A stretch of 61,494 nt of DNA from Candidatus Limnocylindria bacterium (lineage in GTDB: Bacteria > Chloroflexota > Limnocylindria > QHBO01): positions 1 to 61,494 of the forward strand of contig JBBRWZ010000004.1 in the NCBI GenBank assembly GCA_038248895.1, given 5' to 3'. The position numbers and the translations under genes were made by a program. The stretch's first letter is position 1, and each line of letters begins with the position of its first letter. The notes below the pieces were generated by a model. It was not told where the DNA came from, ran no database searches, and saw nothing but the letters and a program-made list of their open reading frames with translations. Shown piece after piece: positions 46,464-55,954 of the stretch.

Positions 46464-46865
46464 TCAGCCCTGCGGCTGCGTGCACATCGGGCAGCGCCGG
46501 GCCGCAAGCGGGATCTCCGAGGCGCATTCGGTGCACGCCTTCGTCGTGGGCGTCTCCTCGATGCCGCGCTGGCGTCGCGCCTCGAGCGCGTTCATCGGGC
46601 TGACCACGAACACGTAGATGGCGAGGGCAATCAGCACGAAGCTGATGATGGCGTTCAGGAAGATGCCCCAGTTGATGGTCGCGCCCGAGGGCAGCTCCGT
46701 CGTGACGGAGGCGAAGTCGGGCACACCGATGAGGCCGAGCAGCGGCGTCAGGATGTTCTCGACAAACGAGCTGACGAGCGCGCCGAACGCTGCGCCGATG
46801 ACGACCGCCACGGCAAGATCGACAACGTTGCCCTTCATGATGAATTCCTTGAATCCCTGGATCAT
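46464..46865 (-). CDS. mscL: large-conductance mechanosensitive channel with C-terminal CxxC..CxxC
   Basis: FKEFIMKGNVVDLAVAVVIG; tail CTEC...CPMC. Confidence 0.95.
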   Translation of the reverse strand: MIQGFKEFIMKGNVVDLAVAVVIGAAFGALVSSFVENILTPLLGLIGVPDFASVTTELPSGATINWGIFLNAIISFVLIALAIYVFVVSPMNALEARRQRGIEETPTTKACTECASEIPLAARRCPMCTQPQG

Positions 46866-46936
46866 CGAGGACCTCTCCGCGGGCGGGCGTTGGGCGCCGA
46901 GTATAGGGAGCGGTCCCGATCGGTATGGTGGTGGCG

Positions 46937-47722
46937 ATGCGACTCGCGACCTGGAACGTCAACTCGCTGAAGGCCCGGCTCGACCGCGTCCTGGCGTGGA
47001 CGGAGCGGCATGCGCCCGACATCCTCTGCCTGCAGGAGACGAAGCTGGCTGACGACGCCGTCCCGCTGCTCGACTTCAAGGCGCTCGGCTACGACGTCGC
47101 GCACCACGGGCTCGGGCAGTGGAATGGAGTCGCCATCGCATCTCGCCGCGGGCTCGATGACGTGACCGCCGGCCTGCCGGCCACGGATGGCTGGACCGAT
47201 GACGGCGGTCGCTTCCTGGCCGCCACCTGCGGCGGCATCCGCGTGGCCAGCATCTACGTCCCGAACGGCCGTGTCGTGGACTCCGAGTTCTATCTCGCCA
47301 AGCTCGATTGGCTGGCGCACCTCTCGACCTGGCTCGACGGCACCGATCCCGCCACGCAGCTCGCGATCTGTGGCGACTACAACGTCGCGCCGGAGGACAT
47401 CGACGTGTGGGACGCCAACGCGGTGCATGGTGCGACGCACGTCTCGCCCCGCGAGCGCGCCGCGGTGGCGCGCCTTCGCGCGTGGGGGATGGAGGACGTC
47501 ATCCGCCGCTTCCACCCCGAGCCCGGCTTCTTCTCGTGGTGGGACTACCGTGCCGGGCACTTCCACAAGAACTTCGGGATGCGGATCGACCATGTCTACG
47601 CCTCGCCGCCGCTTGCCGCACGGGCGGTGGCCGCGGAACGCGACCGCGACGCGCGCAAGCCGTCGACCTATCCGGGCATCCCCTCGGACCACGCGCCCCT
47701 CGTCGTCGACTTCGCGGACTGA
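46937..47722 (+). CDS. xth: exodeoxyribonuclease III (AP endonuclease)
   Basis: ATWNVNS, LQETK, GDYN, WWDYR, RIDH, SDHAP. Confidence 0.94.
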   Translation: MRLATWNVNSLKARLDRVLAWTERHAPDILCLQETKLADDAVPLLDFKALGYDVAHHGLGQWNGVAIASRRGLDDVTAGLPATDGWTDDGGRFLAATCGGIRVASIYVPNGRVVDSEFYLAKLDWLAHLSTWLDGTDPATQLAICGDYNVAPEDIDVWDANAVHGATHVSPRERAAVARLRAWGMEDVIRRFHPEPGFFSWWDYRAGHFHKNFGMRIDHVYASPPLAARAVAAERDRDARKPSTYPGIPSDHAPLVVDFAD

Positions 47723-47735
47723 CCCGGCGGCAGAT

Positions 47736-48971
47736 TCACCCGAGCCGGCGCACGGCGCCGGCGATCTCGCGTCCGACCCTCGTGCGCGGCCAGGTGACGC
47801 GTCGCCCGCCCACGAAGCGCCGATATGCCTCCACCGCGATCGCCAGGGTGGGAAGGAAATCCGGCTCCTCCATCGGCCTGAAGCCCGCCTCGAACCAGAT
47901 GCCCCGGATCCGGAGGTCGGCGGAGGCACGCTCACGACGTGGTTCGATCCGTCCGACGAGCCGATCCCCGAAGAGGATCGGCAGGGCGTAGTAGCCGAAG
48001 CGTCGTTTGGCGGCCGGGGTATAGATCTCCCAGATGTAGTCGAACTCGAAGAGCGTCCGCATCAAACGCCGATCCCAGATGAGCGGGTCGAGCGGCGCCA
48101 CGAACGTCACGTGCGGCGGCACCGGCTCGCGCTCCGCCGCGGCAAGGATGGGCAGCTCGTCGGCGAGCACGAAGCGGAGCGTCCGCTGGCCCTCCACCTC
48201 CACGGGCACGATCACACCCTGGTCGACGAGCGCAGCGATGTGCGCCGGCCGATCCCTCGCCTCGCCGGTGGCGGAGAAGAGCTCGGCCTGCCCGGTCGCG
48301 CCCATGAGACCGACTCCGCGGAAGCGTGACAGCAGCCGGTGCCGATCCTGCTCCTCCGGCGGCTCACGCTCGGTGAGCAAGGCGGCGGGAACGAGCCGTT
48401 CGATGAGGTCGTAGAAGCGGCGGCTTCCCTCGCGCCGCGCGATCCCGAGCCGTCCGGTCACGAAGAGGGCTTCCATCACGGCGCGCGCTGCCGGCGTCGG
48501 CGCCCACCACCAGTCGATGCTGTGATTGTGCTCACGAAACGCCGACGTCGTGAGCGGCCCGTCGGTCCGGATGCGCTCCACGATCGCATCGGCGACCGCG
48601 CGCTCCTCGGCCAGGAATCGGTCGTTGTACTCGGCCGCCGCGTGCGTCCATGCGGCGGCGTAGTGGGGGAGCTCGCTCATCGGCACGATCGAGAGCATCT
48701 TGTTGTACATCTCGATCAGCCGGCGGTCCGGCCCGTAGAGCCACTGCTCGCACCACTCCCGCCGGTAGTCGGCGATCCGCGCGTGCAGCACCAGGTCGTG
48801 GTTGCGGGCGCCGGGCACCTCGATCGGATCGAACTGGATGCTCCCGAGCCGATCGATGACGGTCAGCACCGACGACGTGTCGGCCGGCAGCGCCCGCGGC
48901 GGAGACAGCAGGTGGCGACGAACGAGGAAGCGGCGGGCGTGACCCGCGGAGATGCGGAGAACGGTGGTCAT
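47736..48971 (-). CDS. YcaQ/AlkZ-family (HTH_42) crosslink-repair DNA glycosylase
   Basis: IQFDPI (QxD catalytic motif), PLDPLIWDR, WEIYTPAAKRRFGYYALPIL. Confidence 0.87.
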   Translation of the reverse strand: MTTVLRISAGHARRFLVRRHLLSPPRALPADTSSVLTVIDRLGSIQFDPIEVPGARNHDLVLHARIADYRREWCEQWLYGPDRRLIEMYNKMLSIVPMSELPHYAAAWTHAAAEYNDRFLAEERAVADAIVERIRTDGPLTTSAFREHNHSIDWWWAPTPAARAVMEALFVTGRLGIARREGSRRFYDLIERLVPAALLTEREPPEEQDRHRLLSRFRGVGLMGATGQAELFSATGEARDRPAHIAALVDQGVIVPVEVEGQRTLRFVLADELPILAAAEREPVPPHVTFVAPLDPLIWDRRLMRTLFEFDYIWEIYTPAAKRRFGYYALPILFGDRLVGRIEPRRERASADLRIRGIWFEAGFRPMEEPDFLPTLAIAVEAYRRFVGGRRVTWPRTRVGREIAGAVRRLG

Positions 48972-49034
48972 CGGCGTGGATGCATGCTGCGGGATGAGCC
49001 TGACAAGCGGCGTCAGTCTTCGGGCCCCCACGCG

Positions 49035-49065
49035 CACAACTGTTCAGGATTCCTGAACAGTTGTG
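49035..49065. repeat. perfect 15-bp inverted repeat with 1-nt spacer
   Basis: CACAACTGTTCAGGA-T-TCCTGAACAGTTGTG. Confidence 0.92.
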
Positions 49066-49092
49066 GATGGCCTCCGGACGGTGTCCACCGGG

Positions 49093-49119
49093 CTGGCACT
49101 CGGAGACAGTGAGTGCCAG
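49093..49119. promoter_or_regulatory. CIRCE element upstream of dnaJ
   Basis: CTGGCACTC-N9-GAGTGCCAG followed by TATAAT at 49124-49129. Confidence 0.9.
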
Positions 49120-49138
49120 CCGCTATAATCGCCGACCG

Positions 49139-50263
49139 ATGGCCATCAAGCGTGACTACTACGAAGTCCTGGGCGTTGCCCGGGGGGCGAGCGACGACGA
49201 CATCAAGCGGGCCTTCCGGCGGCTGGCGCAGCGCCACCACCCCGACGTGGATGGCAGCGACGGCGCCGAGCAACGGTTCAAGGAGGTCAACGAGGCGTAC
49301 CGCATCCTCTCCGATCGCCAGCGGCGAACCGCGTACGACATGTTCGGGCACGCGGGCGTGGACGCCTCGACGGCGGGGGGTGGGTTTGACGGCTTCGGCG
49401 GTGGATTCGGGCCGTTCGGCGACATCTTCGATGCGTTCTTCGGCGGGCAGCCGGGCGCGCGACAGCGGACGCGCGTCGTCGCCGGCTCGGACCTGCGCTA
49501 CGACCTGCGGATCGAGTTCGCCGCGGCGATGGCCGGCGTCATCAGGGAGATCAGCTTCCCGACCCTCGTGACCTGCGCGGTCTGCCATGGCGCCGGCGGG
49601 GCTCCGGGCACCGAGCCGGAGCGGTGTCCCGACTGCAACGGCAGCGGTGAGAAGCGTCGCGTCGCGCAGACGATCCTGGGCCAGATGGTGAACATCGTCG
49701 CTTGTCCGCGCTGTGGCGGCGAGGGGCGTGTCGTCACCGCGCCGTGCGAGCACTGCGCCGGCGAGGGGCGGGTGCGGGAGCAGCGCACGATCGAGGTGGC
49801 CATCCCGGCCGGCATCGACTCCGGCCAGCGCATCGCGCTCGAGGGCGAGGGCGAGGCCGGACCGCGAGGTGGTCCGTCCGGCGACCTCTACGTGGCGGTG
49901 ACCGTCGCCGCCCACCCCGAGCTCGTTCGCCGCGGTACCGAGCTGTACCACGAGGCGGCCCTCACCTTCGTCCAGGCTGCGCTGGGTGCGACCGTGGAGG
50001 TGCCGACCATCGACGGCACTGCCCCGCTCGAGGTTCCGGCCGGCACGCAGAGCGGCACCGAGCTGCGCCTGCGCGGGAAGGGTGTGCCGCGGCTGCGCGG
50101 CGGTGGCGCCGGCGACCTGCACGTCGTCGTCACAGTTGTGGTCCCGAGCAAGGTCGGCCGTCGTGAGCGGGAGCTGCTCGAGGAGCTCGGGGCCGTGAGC
50201 GGGCCGGCGAAGCTGCCGCGCGGCGGCGGCATGTTCGATCGCCTGCGTGACATCTTCCACTGA
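49139..50263 (+). CDS. dnaJ: chaperone DnaJ
   Basis: DYYEVLGV, HPD, G/F region, four CxxCxGxG repeats. Confidence 0.97.
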   Translation: MAIKRDYYEVLGVARGASDDDIKRAFRRLAQRHHPDVDGSDGAEQRFKEVNEAYRILSDRQRRTAYDMFGHAGVDASTAGGGFDGFGGGFGPFGDIFDAFFGGQPGARQRTRVVAGSDLRYDLRIEFAAAMAGVIREISFPTLVTCAVCHGAGGAPGTEPERCPDCNGSGEKRRVAQTILGQMVNIVACPRCGGEGRVVTAPCEHCAGEGRVREQRTIEVAIPAGIDSGQRIALEGEGEAGPRGGPSGDLYVAVTVAAHPELVRRGTELYHEAALTFVQAALGATVEVPTIDGTAPLEVPAGTQSGTELRLRGKGVPRLRGGGAGDLHVVVTVVVPSKVGRRERELLEELGAVSGPAKLPRGGGMFDRLRDIFH

Positions 50264-51182
50264 GGGCCGCTGGCTCCAGCTCGAGGTCGAGGTCGATGCC
50301 GAGGCGGTTGAGCCGGTCAGCGAGATCCTTGGCCGCGTCGCACCGGGCGGTGGCACGGCTGTCCGGCCCACCCGGCTCATTCGCGACCCGCACGACGAGC
50401 TTGCTGTTCGCGAGGACACCGATGCCCCCTTCGTGGTGACCGCCCACGTACCCGATGACGAGGCCGCGCCGGCCGCCATCGAGGCCACCGAGCGTGCCCT
50501 CTGGCACCTCCAGGCGTTCGGTCTGCGGCCGGTGAGCGGACTGAGCGTCACCCGCGTCGACGCCGCCGACTGGACCGATGCCTGGAAGGAGCACTACGTC
50601 ACGCAGCGCATCGGGCGCGTGGTTGTCGTCCCGACCTGGCTCGACGAGCCGCTCCGGCCCGGTGAGGTCGCGATCCGCATGGACCCGGGGATGGCATTCG
50701 GAACGGGGCTGCACCCGACGACGCGCGGCTGTCTGGAGCTGCTCCAGGCGCACGGACCGATGCCCGAGCGCATCCTCGATGTCGGCTGCGGATCGGGCAT
50801 CCTCGCGCTTGCCGCCCTGCAACTCGGCGCCGGCCGGGCCGATGCCTGCGACACCGACCCGCTGGCGGTCACCGCGACACGTGCCAATGCCGCCGCCAAC
50901 GGCCTCGCGGGCCGCCTCGTGGCGTGGGAGGGCACCCTCCCCGCCGTGCCGGCCACCGAGCCGTATCCGCTCGTCCTGGCCAACCTCGTGGCGGCGGTGC
51001 TGGTGCGGCTCGCGCGGCCGCTCGCCGCCCACACCGCCACAGGCGGCGCGCTGCTGGCCAGCGGGATCATCGAGGGACGTGGGGACGAGGTGCGGGCCGC
51101 GCTGGCGGAAGTGGGGTTCATGCCCATCACGGAGCGCCACGCCGGGGAGTGGGTCAGCCTGGCCATGGAGCGAGCCGGATGA
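50247..51182 (+). CDS. prmA: ribosomal protein L11 methyltransferase
   Basis: DPGMAFGTGLHPTT, LDVGCGSGIL. Confidence 0.94.
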   Translation: MTSSTEGRWLQLEVEVDAEAVEPVSEILGRVAPGGGTAVRPTRLIRDPHDELAVREDTDAPFVVTAHVPDDEAAPAAIEATERALWHLQAFGLRPVSGLSVTRVDAADWTDAWKEHYVTQRIGRVVVVPTWLDEPLRPGEVAIRMDPGMAFGTGLHPTTRGCLELLQAHGPMPERILDVGCGSGILALAALQLGAGRADACDTDPLAVTATRANAAANGLAGRLVAWEGTLPAVPATEPYPLVLANLVAAVLVRLARPLAAHTATGGALLASGIIEGRGDEVRAALAEVGFMPITERHAGEWVSLAMERAG

Positions 51183-51883
51183 GCGGCACTGTGCACCGCT
51201 TCTTCGTGGCGCCGGCCACGGTGACGGCGCGCACCAGGCTGGAGCTCCCCGCAGAGCTGGATCACCAGGTGCGCCGCGTCCTGCGGCTGCACGACGGGGC
51301 GGAGGTCGTTCTCCTCGAGGGCGACGGGGACGAACATCGCTGCCGGTTGGACGGGGACGAGCTCGTGGTCATCGGCCGCCGGCCGGCGAGCGGCGAGCCC
51401 CGGCACCGCCTGACCGTGGTGCAGGCACTCCTCAAGGGCGACGGCCTCGAGGAGGCGATTCGGGCCGCGACCGAGGTCGGCGTCGCCGCCTTCCGGCTCG
51501 TCGTCACTGAGCGGACGATCGCGCGCGAGCTCAGCCCGCGAAAGCTGGAGCGACTGCGTGCCGTCGCACGCGAAGCGGCGGAGCAGTCGGAGCGGGGCGT
51601 CATCCCGGCGGTGGCGCCGCCGGAGCCGTTGACCGGCGCGATCGGTCCGGAGAGCGTCGTGCTGTGGGAGAGAGGCGCGCCCGACCAGCCGCGCCTCTCG
51701 GCGGTCGACGCGCCACGCAGCATCGTCATCGGTCCGGAGGGTGGCTTCACCGCCGCCGAGGTTGCCGCCGCCGAACGCGCCGGTGCGACGCTCGACGGAC
51801 TGGGGCCGCGCATCCTGCGTGCGGCTTCGGTCGCTCCCGTCGCCGCTGCCATCGTCCTGTCGCGCAGCGGCGATTTCGCCTAG
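51179..51883 (+). CDS. rsmE: 16S rRNA m3U1498 methyltransferase
   Basis: RVLRL, EAAEQSER, IGPEGGF, LGPRILR. Confidence 0.94.
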   Translation: MSGTVHRFFVAPATVTARTRLELPAELDHQVRRVLRLHDGAEVVLLEGDGDEHRCRLDGDELVVIGRRPASGEPRHRLTVVQALLKGDGLEEAIRAATEVGVAAFRLVVTERTIARELSPRKLERLRAVAREAAEQSERGVIPAVAPPEPLTGAIGPESVVLWERGAPDQPRLSAVDAPRSIVIGPEGGFTAAEVAAAERAGATLDGLGPRILRAASVAPVAAAIVLSRSGDFA

Positions 51884-51892
51884 GCTCCCGGC

Positions 51893-52237
51893 ATGCCCGA
51901 TACCGATTGCCTCTTCTGCCGGATCGTGGACGGCGAGATCCCCGCTGACCGTCTCTTCGAGGACGACGACGTGATCGCCTTCCGCGACATCGCCCCGCGC
52001 GCGCCGACGCACGTCCTCGTCATCCCGCGACGCCACGTGGTGTCCGCGGCCGAGCTCGGCGACGACGATGGGCCGCTGCTGGTCGCCCTCTTCGGTGCGC
52101 TGCGGCGCGTCGCCGCCGATGCCGGTCTCAGCGACTATCGGATCGTCTCGAACGTGGGCCCCGGCGCCGGGCAGAGCGTCTTCCACCTGCATCTCCACCT
52201 GCTCGGCGGCCGTCCGCTGGGCTGGCCGCCGGGCTGA
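51893..52237 (+). CDS. HIT-family nucleotide-binding protein
   Basis: CLFC, GQSVFHLHLH. Confidence 0.94.
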   Translation: MPDTDCLFCRIVDGEIPADRLFEDDDVIAFRDIAPRAPTHVLVIPRRHVVSAAELGDDDGPLLVALFGALRRVAADAGLSDYRIVSNVGPGAGQSVFHLHLHLLGGRPLGWPPG

Positions 52238-52271
52238 AGGCGGCAGGGGGTCGTCGTCGGACCGCGCGCAA

Positions 52272-52300
52272 TTGACCGTCACCCGGCCCGCTGCTACCCT
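52272..52300 (+). promoter_or_regulatory. sigma-70 promoter for rpsU
   Basis: TTGACC-N17-TACCCT with extended TG. Confidence 0.65.
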
Positions 52301-52425
52301 CGGTCGGCTTGCGTGCCCCATCGACGAGCACGCCGGCGGCTTCTGAGCGCCACGATCATGGGCGCGCCGTCGGCGACATCGGTCCATGTGCGGCACAAAT
52401 TCGAAGCGGAAGGGAGGCGAGTTGT

Positions 52426-52602
52426 TTGGCAGAAGTCCGCGTGGGCGAGAACGAGACGTTCGAGAGCGCGCTGCGTCGCTTCAACAAGAAGATCCAGCAG
52501 TCCGGGATCCTGGCTGAGGCGCGACGTCGCGAGCACTACGAGAAGCCCAGCGTGAAGCGGAAGCGAAAGGAAGCCAAGAAGCGCAAGGCTTCCCGCCCCT
52601 AG
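52426..52602 (+). CDS. rpsU: 30S ribosomal protein S21
   Basis: ESALRRF...[16 protein letters not shown]; TTG start after GGGAGG. Confidence 0.95.
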   Translation: MAEVRVGENETFESALRRFNKKIQQSGILAEARRREHYEKPSVKRKRKEAKKRKASRP

Positions 52603-52697
52603 GCCAGACGCTCACCCCAACACGGCATTCGAGGCGCGAAGGAGGCAGGACCGATGCACAGGCCCCTCCTCCACGCGCCCTACCCGGCACTCGACCC

Positions 52698-53153
52698 ATG
52701 ACGCTCCTCGAGCGGATCGAGTCGGCGATGCGTGACGCGATGCGCGCGCGCGACGAGCGACGCACGATCACGCTGCGCAGCGCGATGGCGGCTGCCCACA
52801 ATCGGAAGATCGAGCTCGGGCGCGACCTCAGCGACGAGGAGATGCTGGACATCCTCGGCAAGGGGGTGAAGACGCGCCGAGAGAGCATCGCGATCTACCG
52901 CAACGCCGGACGTGAGGATCGCGCCGCGCCCGAGGAGGCGGAGGTCATCGTCCTCACCGAATTCCTGCCGCGACAGCTCACCGCCAATGAGGTCGAGGCG
53001 CTGGCGCGCGCCGCAATCGCCACCAGCGGTGCGAGCGGCCCGGCCGACATGGGACGCGTCATGGGCGCGCTCACGAAGGAGACGCGCGGCCGTGCCGACG
53101 GGCGGATGGTCTCCGACACGGTACGTCGCCTCCTGGCGGAGTCGGCCCCGTGA
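52698..53153 (+). CDS. GatB/YqeY domain protein
   Basis: AMRARD, RRESI..Y..AGR, FLPRQL, DMGRVMG, GRADG. Confidence 0.93.
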   Translation: MTLLERIESAMRDAMRARDERRTITLRSAMAAAHNRKIELGRDLSDEEMLDILGKGVKTRRESIAIYRNAGREDRAAPEEAEVIVLTEFLPRQLTANEVEALARAAIATSGASGPADMGRVMGALTKETRGRADGRMVSDTVRRLLAESAP

Positions 53154-55297
53154 CACGGGGCGGGCGCGCGCGACGCTCGGGTGCCTTCATCCCGCGCACC
53201 CTCGCCGAGCTCGAGGCGGGCGGACCGGGTCGCGCGGCGACGCTGCGCGCCGCGGCAGTGGTGGCGATCCTGGCGCTCGCCACCTTTGCGGTGCTCACCG
53301 TCAGCCTCGGCGGGTCCCAGGTCGACCTGGCCGTCGACGACATCGCCCCGGCCGACATCATCGCCCCCCAGGCGGTCACCTACCAGTCGACCATCCTCAC
53401 CGCTGCGAAGGCGCAGGCGGCCGCTGACGCGGTGGAGACGCAGTACGTCAACATCCGCCCGATTCCGGACATCGCGCAGCAGCAGGGCACCGCGCTCGAC
53501 GACCTGACGGCCGCCATCGGCGCGGTGCTCACCCAGGAGGCGCAGGGAGGCATCGACCCCGAGGAGGTGCCGGCCGCCATCCGTGACGTCGCTCCGCAGC
53601 TGAGCCCCGAGCAGGTCTCGATGATCGCCTCGATGAGCTCGACCCGGTGGCGCGCCATCGCCGGCGCCGCGAGCTCGGCGCTGGCCACCGCCCAGGGAAG
53701 CGCCATCCGGCAGGGTGAGCTGGAGCAGGCGAAGACCGCGGCGCGGGCCAACGTCACGGCCGACCTGTCCGATGCTGACCGGACGCTCGCGGGCGACCTC
53801 GTGGCCATGTACATCGCCGCCAACCAGCGCATCGACGAGATCGCCACGCAGCAGGCGCGCAACGAGGCGAGCAGCGCCGTCGACCCGGTCGTCATCTCGA
53901 TCCTGCCCACGCAGCGCATCATCCAAAAGGGCGACCGCGTCAGCGACACCGATGTCGAGGCGCTCCAGGAGCTTGGTCTCACCCGGCCCACCGTCGCCGC
54001 CGGCACGTTCGCCGGCCAGGGGCTGCTCTCGATCGTGCTGGCCGCGCTGCTCACCGGCTTCCTGTGGCGGTTCGAACCGGAGATCTGGCATCGCAACCGC
54101 TCCCTCCTCCTCTTCGTTCTCGCCTTCCTCGTCAGCGCCATCGCGATCCGCATCTCCGCCGACCGCCAGGTGTGGACCTACGTCGTCCCGACCAGCGCGG
54201 CGGTGCTCCTCATCGGCATCCTCCTCAACGCTTCGTCGGGAGCGGCACTGGCGGTGGGGTTGGCGGCGATGGCCGGCATCGCCAACCAGGACGGGCTCCA
54301 GCCAGCCCTGTACATCCTCGCCAGCGGCGCCGCCGCACTCATCACCATCGTGCGTGCGGAGCGACTCAACGCCTTCGTGCGCACCGGCGCGATGGTCGCC
54401 GTCACCAACGTCGTGGTCCTCGTCGCGTTCAACCTGATCGACCAGCAGGACGTCTCGACCGTCCTCCAGGCGGTGCTGGCGGGGCTCGTCAACGCCGGCT
54501 TGTCGGTCATCCTCGCCGTCGGCTCGTTTGCCACGCTGGGCAACGTGTTCGGCATCATGACCGTCTTCCAGCTGCTCGAGCTGGCGAACCCCTCGAACCG
54601 CCTGCTCCGCCGGCTGCTGCTCGAGACGCCGGGCACCTACCACCACGCCGTGATGGTCGGCAATCTCGCCGAGCGCGCCGCGGAGACCATCGGGGCGGAC
54701 CCGCTGCTGGCACGCGTCGCCGCCTACTACCACGACATCGGCAAGATGCGGAACCCGCTTGCCTTCATCGAGAACCAGGCCGGGGCGCGCAACATCCACG
54801 ACGACCTGGAGGCGGAGACGAGCGCGCGCATCATCGCCAGCCATATCCGGGACGGCATCGACCTCGGCTACGAGCACGGGCTGCCGGTGCAGATCATCGG
54901 CTTCATCCCGCAGCACCACGGGACGAGCAAGATGAGCTACTTCTACGGCAAGGCGCTCCGCGAGGTCGGGGGCAATGAGGAGCTCGTCGACGCGGAGCGG
55001 TTCCGCTATCCGGGCCCGCGGCCGCAGAGTCGCGAGGCGGCGATCCTCATGCTCTCCGACGGCGTGGAGGCATCGGTCCGGTCGCTCGACCGCAAGGACC
55101 CCGAATCGATCCGCGGCATGGTCGACCGTATCGTCGACGAGCGCGTCGCCGACGGCCAGCTCGAGGACGCCGACCTGACGCTCAAGGACATCACCTCCAT
55201 CAAGGAGGCGTTCGTCCAGCAGCTGCTGGGCATGTACCACTCGCGCATCAAGTACCCCGACAACGTCGTGCCGATGGAGCAGCGCGACCGCGCCTGA
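53150..55297 (+). CDS. 7TM-HD phosphohydrolase (PgpH-like c-di-AMP phosphodiesterase)
   Basis: extracellular domain, about 7 TM, PGTYHH, YYHDIGK, QHHGT, FRYPGPRP. Confidence 0.9.
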   Translation: MTRGGRARRSGAFIPRTLAELEAGGPGRAATLRAAAVVAILALATFAVLTVSLGGSQVDLAVDDIAPADIIAPQAVTYQSTILTAAKAQAAADAVETQYVNIRPIPDIAQQQGTALDDLTAAIGAVLTQEAQGGIDPEEVPAAIRDVAPQLSPEQVSMIASMSSTRWRAIAGAASSALATAQGSAIRQGELEQAKTAARANVTADLSDADRTLAGDLVAMYIAANQRIDEIATQQARNEASSAVDPVVISILPTQRIIQKGDRVSDTDVEALQELGLTRPTVAAGTFAGQGLLSIVLAALLTGFLWRFEPEIWHRNRSLLLFVLAFLVSAIAIRISADRQVWTYVVPTSAAVLLIGILLNASSGAALAVGLAAMAGIANQDGLQPALYILASGAAALITIVRAERLNAFVRTGAMVAVTNVVVLVAFNLIDQQDVSTVLQAVLAGLVNAGLSVILAVGSFATLGNVFGIMTVFQLLELANPSNRLLRRLLLETPGTYHHAVMVGNLAERAAETIGADPLLARVAAYYHDIGKMRNPLAFIENQAGARNIHDDLEAETSARIIASHIRDGIDLGYEHGLPVQIIGFIPQHHGTSKMSYFYGKALREVGGNEELVDAERFRYPGPRPQSREAAILMLSDGVEASVRSLDRKDPESIRGMVDRIVDERVADGQLEDADLTLKDITSIKEAFVQQLLGMYHSRIKYPDNVVPMEQRDRA

Positions 55298-55328
55298 TGC
55301 TGGACCGATGCGCCCGCCCTGCGGGCGC

Positions 55329-55876
55329 TCAGGCCGAGCCCAGGTCCGAAAATGGAAGTGGCTCGTCGGGCGGCTCGCCTCGTTCCATGAGGCCCATCCC
55401 GTACCACGCCACGCCGATCCAGCGGCCGGCCTTCCAGCCCACGCGGCGGTAGAGGCCGAGCTCCTCCATCCCGATCGCCCGATGAAGCGCCTCGCTGCCC
55501 GCGTTCGGCAGCGCAATGCCGGCGCACGCGTTGACGAGGCGCAGCCGGCGCAGGAGCGGCAGCAGCGCGGCGTAGAGGCGGCGGCCGATCCCGCGCCGAT
55601 GCCGTCCTGGATCGACGTACACGCTGATGTCGACCGACCAGCGATAGCCGGCGCGTTCACGATGTGGGCCGGCGTAGGCGTACCCGACGACGTCGTGCAT
55701 CTCGTCGATCGCCACCAGCCACGGGTGACGGGCCAGCGTTGCCGCCATCCGTGCGGCCATGGTCCGCGTGGTTGGCGCGGTGGCCTCGAGGGACGCGATC
55801 GTCTCCTCGACCGCGTGACGGTAGATCTCGGCGACACGATGCGCGTCGCGCTGCGGTCGGCGACCTGGACCGCCAC
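55329..55876 (-). CDS. phosphinothricin-acetyltransferase-like GNAT, apparently frameshifted near the 5' end
   Basis: GYAYA, SVYV..RRGIG, PNAGSEALH, GWKAGRW; the conserved N-terminal segment (DAHRVAEIY...SLE) lies upstream of the first in-frame start. Confidence 0.7.
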
Positions 55877-55954
55877 CGCCCGACCGGCGCGGGGCACGGT
55901 TCGGGTGGGCTGCTCACCGCGCCTGGGGGACGAGGTCGCTCCACCGCTCTTGTT

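Noticed and set aside
52301-52425. Structured rpsU leader RNA
   Set aside because: Hairpins are expected at this GC content and I recognise no known motif; needs covariance analysis.
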